DNA of 40,655 nucleotides from Octopus sinensis (lineage: Eukaryota), in contig NW_021835363.1 in assembly GCF_006345805.1 (NCBI RefSeq), positions 1-40,655 on the forward strand. Direction: 5' to 3'. The stretch's first letter is position 1. Each line of letters starts with the position of its first letter. The position numbers were made by a program, and so were the translations under genes. Below are positions 10,006 to 20,478 of this stretch, one piece after another. The notes under the pieces were generated by a model that saw only the letters and a list, made by a program, of their open reading frames with translations, did no database searches and had not been told where the DNA came from.

Positions 10006-10389
10006 GAAGCACTCCGGCGGTTACGACGATGAGGGTTCCGGTTGATCCGAATCAACGGAACAGCCTGCTCGTGAAATTAACGTGTAAGTGGCTGAGCACT
10101 CCACAGACACGTGCACCCTTAACGTAGTTCTCGGGGATATTCAGCGTGACACAGAGAGTGACAAGGCCAGCCCTTTGAAATACAGGTACAAGAGAAACAG
10201 GAAGTAAGAGTGAGAGAAAGTTGTGGTGAAAGAGTACAGCAGGGATCACCACCATCCCCTGCCGGAGCCTCGTGGAGCTTTTAGGTGTTTTCGCTTAATA
10301 AACACTCACAACGCCCGGTCTGGGAATCGAAACCGCGATCCTATGACTGCGAGTCCGCTGCCCTAACCACTGGGCCATTGCGCCTCCAC
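10006..10389 (-). mobile_element. SINE family C, full length, young
   Basis: Nearly identical to 16156-16538. Confidence 0.92.
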
Positions 10390-10499
10390 TCAACGAATAT
10401 AGTTCACGTTGCGTTCGATAACCTTTCCCGTTTCGCCATTTTTTTCTCTCTTCCTTCTATTTACGTTCTGCATTATGTGTGCATTTGTGGTATGTGCGT

Positions 10500-10869
10500 G
10501 TGTACTCACAACACACACACATATACACATACGTACGCATATACATATACATACATACACGCACACACATATATATTTATGTATATATGTATACACACGC
10601 ATATATATACGTGTGTGTATGTGTATGCATACACAATATTTATGCAAATATAGGCGCGCACTGTGTGTGTATATACACATGCATGTACACACACATATAT
10701 ATATATATATATGTAAATATATATATATCTATATATATATGCATATATATGTAAATAAGTATATATATATACATACATGCATATATATGTAAATAAATAT
10801 ATATATATATATACATACATATGCATATATAAAAGTATGTATATATATATAAAAATATATATACATATG

Positions 10870-10929
<60 letters not shown>

Positions 10930-10945
10930 CATATGCATATATATG
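10500..10945. repeat. Compound (CA)/(TA)/(TATG) low-complexity tract
   Basis: Direct reading. Confidence 0.9.
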
Positions 10946-11387
10946 TAAAACCCTGAAACACTATGATAAAAATATTTCTCGTGTTAATTCAAACATTGCA
11001 ACGAAACGAACGAATTTAACTAACAACCCAGTGGCACTGTGCCTCTTATAAAGTAACGTTGCGTTACTACCTCTCTTGTGTAGTCCTGTTAGAAATGATT
11101 CGCAGATCCCTCTTTACTCTGAGAAGTATGTCCATCATGCTGCCTAGTTTAACTTCACCTTCTGGCCACATGTGTACCTAATATAGAATGAATGGTTACA
11201 AGCATGGGATCGCGGCACATGGCAGCGCTTTATCGTAAATTTTCGGGATGCCGCCACTATTTACACTCTCTAAGATACTCATAACTAACCCGCTAATGTA
11301 TCCTCGTTTCTCTTCTACGACTGCCGTAGACTTCGATCCAACTTGAACCCTACACCACCCTTCTTATATGTATATATATATATATAT

Positions 11388-11595
11388 TGTTGATTCGTTA
11401 GCTACTGCACGCATTTTTTTTCTCTCCTTCTTTCTGTGTTTTTCTCTCTCTGTGTATCTTTCTGTTGAAGAGCGTAGGCTCGAAACGTTAAAGACTTGTT
11501 TTATTTATATTTCCTGAGCGCCATACTAATACAATTGTTCGTTTGTCTTCCACCTGCCTTCGTCTTTTGTTTATTTTCATAAAGCTTCCCGTTAT
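11388..11595 (+). mobile_element. PLE-type pseudo-LTR fragment (family 2) between (TA)n tracts
   Basis: Homologous to the reverse complement of 37281-37470. It carries a hammerhead-like motif. Confidence 0.65.
11457..11494 (+). ncRNA. Hammerhead-like motif with variant core CUGUUGA
   Basis: Stem I ucuuu/aaaga; CUGUUGA+A; stem II gagc-guag-gcuc; GAAA; palindromic ACGU stem III; then U. Position 6 is U instead of the conserved A. Confidence 0.6.
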
Positions 11596-11659
11596 ATATA
11601 TATATGTATATATATATATGTATGTATATATATATGTAATATATATATATGTATATATA

Positions 11660-11743
<84 letters not shown>

Positions 11744-11757
11744 TTATATATATGTTT
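11596..11757. repeat. (TA)n microsatellite
   Basis: Direct reading. Confidence 0.95.
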
Positions 11758-12249
11758 ATGAACAGAAAAAAAGGAGAAAGGGAATTATACACATCCTTGC
11801 CAATATGGAGCAAGATAATGTTACAATAATATAGAGTTATGATAAAAATTTATCTCGTTTTATTCATTGTCGGTTTTCTCCATGAAGGCATGATAGTACT
11901 GGACGAAGCTAATAAAATGTCATTTATCAGAACAACTGCCTGACGGTTGCGAAAATAAACAACTGTCACATTGCCGGCAAACATATCCAGAATTTTCAGG
12001 TATATATAAAATTTACTTTTCCGTGAAATTATTCTGGAAATGATCTCTCTTTTTCTTTGAGAGGCGTCGATAACGATTCTTAGGTACTTGCTTGCTTCCT
12101 TTCTTTAAGTAAGAAACAGAATCCGATTACTACCAAAAACTTTGCGTTATATTCTCTTCATCGGTACCTACCTGAATTCTCATAAATGTATGTCAATTTT
12201 TAAGATGAGAAATATTTGTGGAGAGTTTTTCCTCTTTTCTATTCATCAT

Positions 12250-13030
12250 TTCTGAAGGAAGAACACCTCCTGGGACTCCTTCCACTGCTGTCTGTCTCTG
12301 GACAGTCATGGCCAAGTAGGCCCCAGATAGCGGATGATATCTCGCCAACAAAAAGGCGGCGAGCTGGCAGAAACGTTAGCACGCCGGGCGAAATGCGTAG
12401 CCGTATTTCGTCTGCCGTTACGTTCTGAGTTCAAATTCTGCCATGGTCGACTTTGCCTTTCATCCTTTCGGGGTCGATAAATTAAGTACCAGTTACGCAC
12501 TGGGATCGATATAATCGACTTAATCCGTCTGTCTGTCCTTGTTTGTCCTCTGTGTTTAGCCCCTTGTGGGTAGTAAAGAAATAGGTATTTCGTCTGCCGT
12601 TATGTTCTGAGTTCAAATTCCGCCGAGGTCGACTTTACCTTTCATCCTTTCGGGGTCGATAAATTAAGTACCAATTACGCTCTGGGTTCGATATAATCGA
12701 CTTAATCCGTCTGTCTGTCCTTGTTTGTCTCCTCTGTGTTTAGTCCCTTGTCGCTAGTAAAGAAATAGATATCTCGCCAACTTGTCTTTGGGCAGGCTCT
12801 TGATCTTGTCCATCGTCTCGGTGTCCATTCCCCCATACTGATTGTCCTTCAGTTGCGCGATGTGGTCAGCCCTCTTACATTTCGTCTCCTTAATGGTGCT
12901 TTTGATGTTGGCAATTCTTGTTTACTGTTGTATCCAAGCGTTGGTTTTTTTGTCCTGCTATAATTCGTTCTATTTTCCGTTCGTGGGTGGCAATGGAGAC
13001 TTTTATGAATGCATTATTACAATGAAAGCA
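12250..13030 (-). mobile_element. RTE-clade LINE 3' fragment interrupted by a SINE B dimer
   Basis: With 12350-12781 removed the minus strand reads NAWIQQ*TRIANIKSTIKETKCKRADHIAQLKDNQ / EWTPRRWTRSRACPKTSWRDIIRYLGPTWP*LSRDRQQWKESQE. This is the typical RTE C-terminus (WxWAGHIAR..D.RW, EWxPR..R..GRP..RW). Confidence 0.8.
12350..12767 (+). mobile_element. SINE family B dimer with 14-bp TSD
   Basis: TSD gatatctcgccaac at 12336-12349 and 12768-12781. Confidence 0.93.
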
Positions 13031-13097
13031 TCATAAAAGATCAGCTACTTTGTACTTTTAAAGAAGTCAGTTTTCTAGAAGCTAAAGATGATCATGT

Positions 13098-13487
13098 ATC
13101 TTTTAAATTTTACTTGCTCAGTCATTGGGCCGCGGTCACGCTGGAGCACCACTTTGATGAATTTTAATCAAACAAATCGACCCCTGTACTTATAGTATTT
13201 TCAAGTACGATAATTATTCTCTTGGTCGTTTTTGCCGAACCGCTAGTCATTAGACGTGAACAAACCAGCATCACTTGTCAAGTAGTGGTATGGGACAAAC
13301 ACAATGCAAATACACACATGTGGATATACGATAGGCTTCCACGCAGTTTCCTTCTACAAATTTCGCTCATAAGGTATTGATCGACTCGGAGTAATGCTAG
13401 AAGACACTTGCAAAGTTGTTTTGCAGCAGGACTGAACCCGAAACAATGCGGTTTCAAAGTGCGTTAACCGTAGAGCCAATGCTTGCT
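13098..13487 (-). mobile_element. SINE family A, old diverged copy
   Basis: Recognisable tail, CORE-like segment and B-box on the minus strand. Confidence 0.7.
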
Positions 13488-13571
13488 CCTATATTACTGC
13501 GAAAATATCTCTGACATTTCTGCTGCAAATTTTAGTCTCTCAATTCGTATCTATTTCACATATTCCTTTTT

Positions 13572-13965
13572 ATGATGTTTACAAAGAATGGAGATGAATA
13601 TTTCCTTTATTTTGACAAAGCCCCCGAAGACCTGTGTACGAAGACACTAAGAAATGGCAGGTTTTTAATGACATTTCTCGGTAAAATATTTCTTGATATC
13701 TGACATTTTCAATTCGTTAAATCCGGAAGAAAGGGACTGCTGATGGCATTTGCAAGGATTCCGAGACCAGTGGGTGATGCCGCCTACATTCAACTTCAAC
13801 AGTTTGAATTTGACGCCTGTAATAAAAACATGTGCACAAAGAAATTCTTGGCAAGAATGACAGAGAAGAAAATCATTGGCGCTGATATCCAAATTGAACA
13901 GGTGTGGGATAAGAGGAGCAAAATCTATATAAGTACAGAACAAAATTTGAGGGAAATTCAGCCTG
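13572..13965 (+). mobile_element. Probable degenerate LINE reverse-transcriptase N-terminal fragment (RTE-like)
   Basis: One frame with a single stop (13701): DKAPED..TLRNG..LGKIFLDI*...GRKGLLM...GD...KKFLARM...EQ..KRS. It loosely follows KAPGPD..LK.G..L..LF..IW..WRKGLI..GD..K.LL.RL..EQ.GF..RS. Confidence 0.45.
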
Positions 13966-15658
13966 GAGAGAATAGATGGTCTATGGGTCAGTGTTGAGAG
14001 AATAGATGGTCTATGGGTCAGTGTTGAGAGAATAGATGGTCTATGGGTCAGTGTTGAGAGAATAGATGGTCTATGGGTCAGTGTTGAGAGAATAGATGGT
14101 CTATGGGTCAGTGTTGAGAGAATAGATGGTCTATGGATCAGTGTTGAGAGAATAGATGGTCTATGGGCCAGTGTTGAGAGAATAGATGGTCTATGGGTCA
14201 GTGTTGAGAGAATGGATGGTCTATGGGTCAGTGTTGAGAGAATAGATGGTCTATGGGTCAGTGTTGAGAGAATAGATGGTCTATGGGTCAGTGTTGAGAG
14301 AATAGATGGTCTATGGGTCAGTGTTAAGAGAATAGATGGTCAATGGGTCAGTGTTGAGAGAATAGATGGTCTATGTGTCAATGTTGAAAGAATAGATGGT
14401 CTATGAGTCAGTGTTGAGAGAATAGATGGTCTATGGGTCAGTGTTGAGAGAATAGATGGTCTATGGGTCAGTGTTGAGAGAATAGATGGTCTATGGGTCA
14501 GTGTTGAGAGAATAGATGGTCTATGTGTCAATGTTGAAAGAATAGATGGTCTATGGGTCAGTGTTGAGAGGATAGATGGTCTATGGGTCAGTGTTGAAAG
14601 AATAGATGGTCTACGTGTCAATGTTGAAAGAATAGATGGTCTATGAGTCAGTGTTGAGAGAATAGATGGTCTATGGGTCAGTGTTGAGAGAATAGATGGT
14701 CTGTGGGTCAGTGTTGAGAGAATAGATGGTCTATGGGTCAGTGTTGAGAGAATAGATGGTCTATGGGTCAGTGTTGAGAGAATAGATGGTCTATGGGTCA
14801 GTGTTGAGAGAATAGATGGTCTATGGGTCAGTGTTAAGAGAATAGATGGTCAATGGGTCAGTGTTGGGAGAATAGATGGTCTATGGGTCAGTGTTGAGAG
14901 GATAGATGGTCTATGGGTCAGTGTTGAGAGAATAGATGGTCTGTGGGTCAGTGTTGAGAGAATAGATGGTCTATGGGTCAGTGTTGAGAGAAAAGATGGT
15001 CTGTGGGTCAGTGTTGAGAGAATAGATGGTCTATGAGTCAGTGTTGAGAGAATAGATGGTCTATTGGTCAGTGTTGAGAGAATAGATGGTCTATGGGTCA
15101 GTGTTGAGAGAATAGATGGTCTATGGGTCAGTGTTGAGAGAATAGATGGTCTATGGGTCAGTGTTGAGAGGATAGATGGTCTATGGGTCAGTGTTGAGAG
15201 AATAGATGGTCTATGGGTCAGTGTTGAGAGGATAGATGGTCTATGGGTCAGTGTTGAGAGAATAGATGGTCTGTGGGTCAGTGTTGAGAGAGTAGATGGT
15301 CTATGAGTCAGTGTTGAGAGAATAGATGGTCTATTGGTCAGTGTTGAGAGAATAGATGGTCTATGGGTCAGTGTTGAGAGAATAGATGGTCTATGGGTCA
15401 GTGTTGAGAGGATAGATGGTCTATGTGTCAGTGTTGAGAGAATAAAAGGTCTATGAGTCAGTGTTGAGAGAATAGATGGTCTATGGGTCAGTGTTGAGAG
15501 AATATATGGTCTATGAGTCAGTGTTGAGAGAATAGATGGTCTATGAGTCAGTGTTGAGAGAATAGATGGTCGATGGTCTATGAGTCAGTGTTGAGAGAAT
15601 AGATGGTCTGTGAGTCAGCGTTGAGAGAATAGATGGTCTATCAATCAGTGTTGAGAGA
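13966..15658. repeat. 30-bp minisatellite, about 56 units (gagagaatagatggtctatgggtcagtgtt)
   Basis: Exact 30-bp periodicity through 15570, a 7-bp insertion near 15571, then degenerate terminal units. Confidence 0.98.
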
Positions 15659-15668
15659 TTTGTGTCTG

Positions 15669-15677
15669 GATATATAC

Positions 15678-15732
<55 letters not shown>

Positions 15733-15761
15733 TAATATATACATACATATATATATATATA

Positions 15762-15792
<31 letters not shown>

Positions 15793-15870
15793 CATACATA
15801 CATATATATATACATATATATATTCATATATATATATATATATATATATACATACATACATATATACACA
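15669..15870. repeat. (TA)n-rich microsatellite
   Basis: Direct reading. Confidence 0.95.
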
Positions 15871-16155
15871 TAAGCATATATCTATTCATAATATATCAAT
15901 TCCGTTTGGGTTTTAACCATGGAGTTTGCTTCATTAAACTTGTCCACGGGTAATACAGATATCGGATAGAATTATAAAACTGAAATGTATGGTTAGAGCG
16001 ATTATATTTATGAAGTATGTAAATACCCATAGAGTATATATAAATATCAAAAAGAAGAATGCAAATGGTATTGTATATAACCTTGAGAGTCGATATTTTT
16101 GCGGTATTAGTACAATAATACAAATGCGACGTATTGTTATACATAAAAAAGGGAG

Positions 16156-16538
16156 GGAAGCACTCCGTCGGTTACGACGACGATGGTTCCGGTTGATCCG
16201 AATCAACGGAACAGCCTGCTCGTGAAATTAACGTGTAAGTGGCTGAGCACTCCACAGACACGTGTACCCTTAACGTAGTTCTCGGGGATATTCAGCGTGA
16301 CACAGAGAGTGACAAGGCCGGCCCTTTGAAATACAGGTACAACAGAAACAGGAAGTAAGAGTGAGAGAAAGTGGTGGTGAAAGAGTACAGCAGGGATCAG
16401 CACCACCCCCTGCCGGAGCCTCGTGGAGCTTTCGGTGTTTTCGCTCAATAAACACTCACAACGCCCGGTCTGGGAATCGAAACCGCGATCTTATGACCGC
16501 GAGTCCGCTGCCCTAACCACTGGGCCATTGCGCCTCCA
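16156..16538 (-). mobile_element. SINE family C, full length, young
   Basis: Nearly identical to 10006-10389. Confidence 0.92.
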
Positions 16539-16552
16539 TGTTATACATAGAC

Positions 16553-16719
16553 GCATGAGTGGCCGTGTGGTAAGAATCTTACTTCCCAAACATGTGGTTC
16601 CAGTTCAGTCCCACTGCATGGCATCTTGGGCGTGTGTATTCTATCATAGCCTCGGGCCGACCAAAGCCTTGTAAGTGGATTTGGTAGACAGAAACTGAAA
16701 GAATCCCGTCATTTATATA

Positions 16720-16769
<50 letters not shown>

Positions 16770-17434
16770 TTCAAAAATAGGATAAAATCTTTATAAGAAT
16801 ATATCAAAATATAATTATTTATATCAAAATATAATTATTTATATTAAAGGCATTACTATACATAGATGCCTCACGCTACGAGGGACTCTTAAAGTCAAAA
16901 CTACCATAATAAACAGATTGTACTGAGCGCGAGGGAATGCAACTTTCGAAGCGAGCTCCTAAAAACAGATTCAGCCACAGATCATATGATTTCATAATTA
17001 GTGCATAAATTGCACTTTTTAATCGTCAGTGCAGGCTTAATTCAAGACACATTGAAATGAACAAAAAAAAATCAACATACCAGACGAAAACCAAATGTAT
17101 CCAGCATAGTACATACAATTGTTCACTGTTATATATCTATCTAAGAGGCGAGCTTTTCGAATTGCATCTCGGTACACGTGTTTATTCACAATAAATTCAG
17201 CACTGAATATATTCTGGTTAAGTTTACAATTTAAAAAATAGGATAAAATCTTTATAAGAATTCATAAAGTAGTGACCGTGAAAAACCTCATAAGGGAAAA
17301 ATTAATAATTAATTCCCTTTAAATATATTTATTTATATTAAGGGCATTACTATACATAAATGCCTCACGCTATGAGGGACTCTTAAAGTCAAAACTAACC
17401 TAATAGCGTGAGGCATTTATGTATAGTAATGCCC

Positions 17435-17517
<83 letters not shown>

Positions 17518-17735
17518 ATTTTTGCTTGTATGTGTGCATTTATGTTTGTCCCTGCCACTTCACCAGTTGACAACTGGTGTTGGTGCGTTTACGTCCATGT
17601 AATCTGGCGGTTCGGAAAAAGAGACCGATAGAATAAATACTAGGCTTAAAAAATAAGTACTGGGGTGGATTCGTTCGACTAAAAATTCAAGGTGGTACCC
17701 CAGTGTGGCCGCAGTCTAATGACTGAAATAAGTAA
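16553..17735 (+). mobile_element. SINE family A split in its internal microsatellite (5' part 16553-16711, 3' part about 17476-17735)
   Basis: Head and CORE-like part end at gaaagaatcccgtc + (TA)n; the tail resumes after (TA)n(GT)n. Confidence 0.75.
16764..17442. mobile_element. Insert with a direct terminal repeat and a terminal inverted segment (PLE pseudo-LTR-like)
   Basis: 16764-16905 is repeated at 17225-17400. 17334-17373 is the exact reverse complement of 17403-17442. Flanked by (TA)n on both sides. Confidence 0.55.
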
Positions 17736-17776
17736 TGCTTGAAAAGGGCGACTTTTATCGTTATATATGGATATGA

Positions 17777-18120
17777 GTGAAGGCGCATGGCTTAGTGGTT
17801 AGAGCGTCGAGCTTACGATCATGAGGTTGTGAGTTCGATTCCCGGACCGGGCTGCGTTTTGTGTTCTTGAGCAAGACACTTTATTTAGCGTTGCTCCAGT
17901 TAACTAAACTGTAGAAATGAGTTGCGACATCACTGGTGCCAAGCTGTATCGGCCCCTTTTCCTTTCCCTTGGATAAGATCAGCGGTGTGGAGAGTGGAGA
18001 GTGGAGACTGGTATGCATGGGCGACTGCTGGTCTTCTATAAATAACTTTGCCCGGACTCGTGCCTGGGAGGGTAACTTTCTAGGTGCAATCCCACGGTCA
18101 TCCATGGCCGAAGGGGGGTT
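17777..18120 (+). mobile_element. tRNA-derived SINE family D (CORE-like)
   Basis: A-box tggcttagtggttagagc, B-box gagttcgattccc, cttgagcaagacact CORE-like segment. Related copies at 23078 and 29683. Confidence 0.88.
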
Positions 18121-18195
18121 CCTCGTCATAGATATGAGAAAGAGGAAGGGAGAGAAGGGGAGAGAGAGAGGGGGGAGGGAAAAAGAAATGCTTAC

Positions 18196-18263
18196 TTGAC
18201 CAAGGAAATTCGTATTCATACAGCAGCAAATTGGTACGTCATGGAGGACAGCACAAGACGACA
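18196..18263 (-). other. Candidate 68-nt exon (unknown gene)
   Basis: Long polypyrimidine tract and ttactAG acceptor, CAA|GTAAGC donor. One frame is open (SSCAVLHDVPICCCMNTNFLGQ). I recognise no homology. Confidence 0.3.
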
Positions 18264-19669
18264 CTAGTAAAAGAGACATGTTACATGAGACAGAAAGGAG
18301 AAGAATAAGAAAGGAAAGAGAAAGGAAAAGAGACAGAGAGAGAAAGGGAGAGAAAAAAGAGGGAGTGAGAGGCAAATGGAAAGAAATTCAAACGGGAAGT
18401 GTGTGTATGTGTATCTGTGTGCGCATGTGTGAAAGTTTACAATAACTTTAAAATGATATCAGAAAAACAACTGAGATGGAGAGGTCTAAAAAATATATAA
18501 CTGCTTGGCAATATGAATCTACTCTTCATCATCAATGACGTCATACCAAAGCAGCAAAAATGTATTAAATTGACAAATAATTTCTCAGGGGATAAAGGCC
18601 ACTTAAGTAATATATTTTACGGATTACATTAGTAATCCGCAGCATATTTTTTTCTTCCGAAACTGAAACAAAATTACTTCGGAAGAAATACTGTCTGGAA
18701 TCTAAAATGAAATATAAAACATATTAACATTAAGATTATTCAAAAGGTTTGTATGCGGTAAAATGCTGACGATTGTGAAGACTATTTCTCAAGTATAAAA
18801 GAAATGTTATAGAAAAAGAAAAGAAGGATAGATATATTAAGCAAATCGGGACGGAGAGTGAAAGAGAAAGTGAGGGAAAAAGAGGGGAGAATGAGAGTGA
18901 AGAGAGAAGATAAATTGTGAAGGAGAGAAGCAAAGTCTTTTAGAGGTTAAAATAAAATAAGAGGATAAATGAAGAAGACAAGAATTTGAGGAGACGTTGT
19001 AATCTGACAATATGGAAGATTATTCTATTCCGTTCAGTGACTCTAAGTCGATGGCAGACATTAAATCCCTTGATGTCGTTGCAAACCTCATAAAAATTTA
19101 CACGAATCGATTATGCAAAAAAAAAAAATATATATAATAATAATAATAATAAAATATAGCATTCAACACACACGTAAATATCAACAAAACGCATGCGTAA
19201 ACATGTATCACATATATATATACGTATACATGCATATAAACATATAGAAATAAAACACGCCATAAAAGTGTGAAGATTGCACAACGAAGTATAGGAAGTG
19301 ACGTAATTGTTGGGTTCTGGCGCGAGATGTTATCGTTCAACAGATGACAACTGAATTGTATATTTAAGAAGACAATCGATAAAGAAATTAATATAACGGA
19401 ATGGTTTGCTGTATCACGAGCACAGCTTGCCAGAATAATAACAGCCATTTTATAGAAAGTTTTTGGTCATTTGCTTGCTTAAACATCATGAATAGACCTT
19501 CTCAAACAATTTATATATAAAACCTGTGTTCAACAAGGTAGGAATTAATGAGATAACATGTTGAACGAAAGAGGTATGGGATGTACCAAAAATCTTCCGT
19601 TTAAAACCAAAGCTGTGCTATCTAAAGTAAACTATGCAGAAATCTTCTAACATTGTCTGATAGAATCAT

Positions 19670-19755
19670 TGCGTTCTGAGTTGAAATTCCACCGACATCC
19701 TTTCGGGATCGACTAGTCACCTCCCCACAAATTTCAGGCCTTGTGACTTTAGCAC
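19670..19755 (+). mobile_element. SINE family B, deleted fragment with tail type 2
   Basis: cgttctgagttgaaattcc...atcctttcgggatcgactagtcacctcccc...ggccttgtg. Confidence 0.65.

Positions 19756-19758
<3 letters not shown>

Positions 19759-19823
<65 letters not shown>
19759..19823. repeat. (ATT)n/(AAT)n tract at the 3' end of RLE element 2
   Basis: Direct reading. Confidence 0.95.
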
Positions 19824-20402
19824 TTTTCCTTCTTTCTTCAAATTTTCTTCCGTTTCTCGCCGAGTGTTTTCCGTACACCTAGGGCAGAGAAGCTCATTGT
19901 ATGCATTCCCAGATTACACACGCAAATTTATAGATAAAACATATATTTAAAAAATTAATAAATAAACAAATTCATGAATGGATGTTGTTTTCACATCGAT
20001 AATGCTCTTCTCAGTACATGAGTCGTTCCAGTTAACACGATTTTTTGCACTTCCTGTAGGGATGGTAAACCTGGTATCATTTTCGAATAGGTTTCAGTAC
20101 CTTTTTTTTCATCATTCCTAGAGATCCTACAATCACTGGTACTGTAGTCGCCTTGAGATGCCACATTTTTTCAATTTCTATTAGCAAGTCTTTATATTTA
20201 CTAATCTTGTCAAATTCTTTCGCCGCTATATTGTGATCGCAAGGAATACTCATGTCAATTAATAAACACATACTTTTTGTCTGATCTTTTATAATAATAT
20301 CCGGTTTATTAGCTTTTATAGTTTTGTCGGTATGTACGGGGAAGTTCCATAGAATCAACACATTTTCTCCCCCAGTCACAGCTTCAGGATGGTGTTTATA
20401 CC

Positions 20403-20405
<3 letters not shown>
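19824..20405 (-). mobile_element. R4/Dong-like RLE non-LTR retrotransposon, 5'-truncated (subfamily 2)
   Basis: WYKHHPEAVTGGENVLILWNFPVHTDKTIKANKPDIIIKD...CLLIDMSIP...KISKYKDL...WH...PVIVGSLG, then after a frameshift LQEVQKIVLTGTTHVLRRALSM* (stop 19991). This is a PD-(D/E)xK restriction-like endonuclease, followed by about 170 bp of 3' UTR and (AAT)n. Confidence 0.9.

Positions 20406-20407
<2 letters not shown>

Positions 20408-20478
<71 letters not shown>
20408..20478. repeat. (TTA)n/(AAT)n tract between the two RLE elements
   Basis: Direct reading. Confidence 0.95.

Noticed and set aside
11100-11350. Possible LINE RT fragment on the minus strand (WCRVQVGSKSTAVVEEKRG...)
   Set aside because: The resemblance is only vague. 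The QG and YADD motifs are not recoverable.
13743-13997. 84-aa ORF as a host gene exon
   Set aside because: The frame extends upstream through a stop and loosely fits a LINE RT N-terminal region. It ends in the first minisatellite unit.
13966-15658. CRISPR-like array
   Set aside because: The units are contiguous with no unique spacers, and the context is eukaryotic with no cas genes.
16908-17190. Possible degenerate MITE inside the pseudo-LTR-like insert
   Set aside because: The inverted similarity is patchy and needs gaps, and there is no TSD.
18536-18545. Palindromic CRE site ATGACGTCAT; also YY1-like AAAATGGCGG near 34070
   Set aside because: Single short motifs are expected by chance in 40 kb, and there is no supported transcription start.
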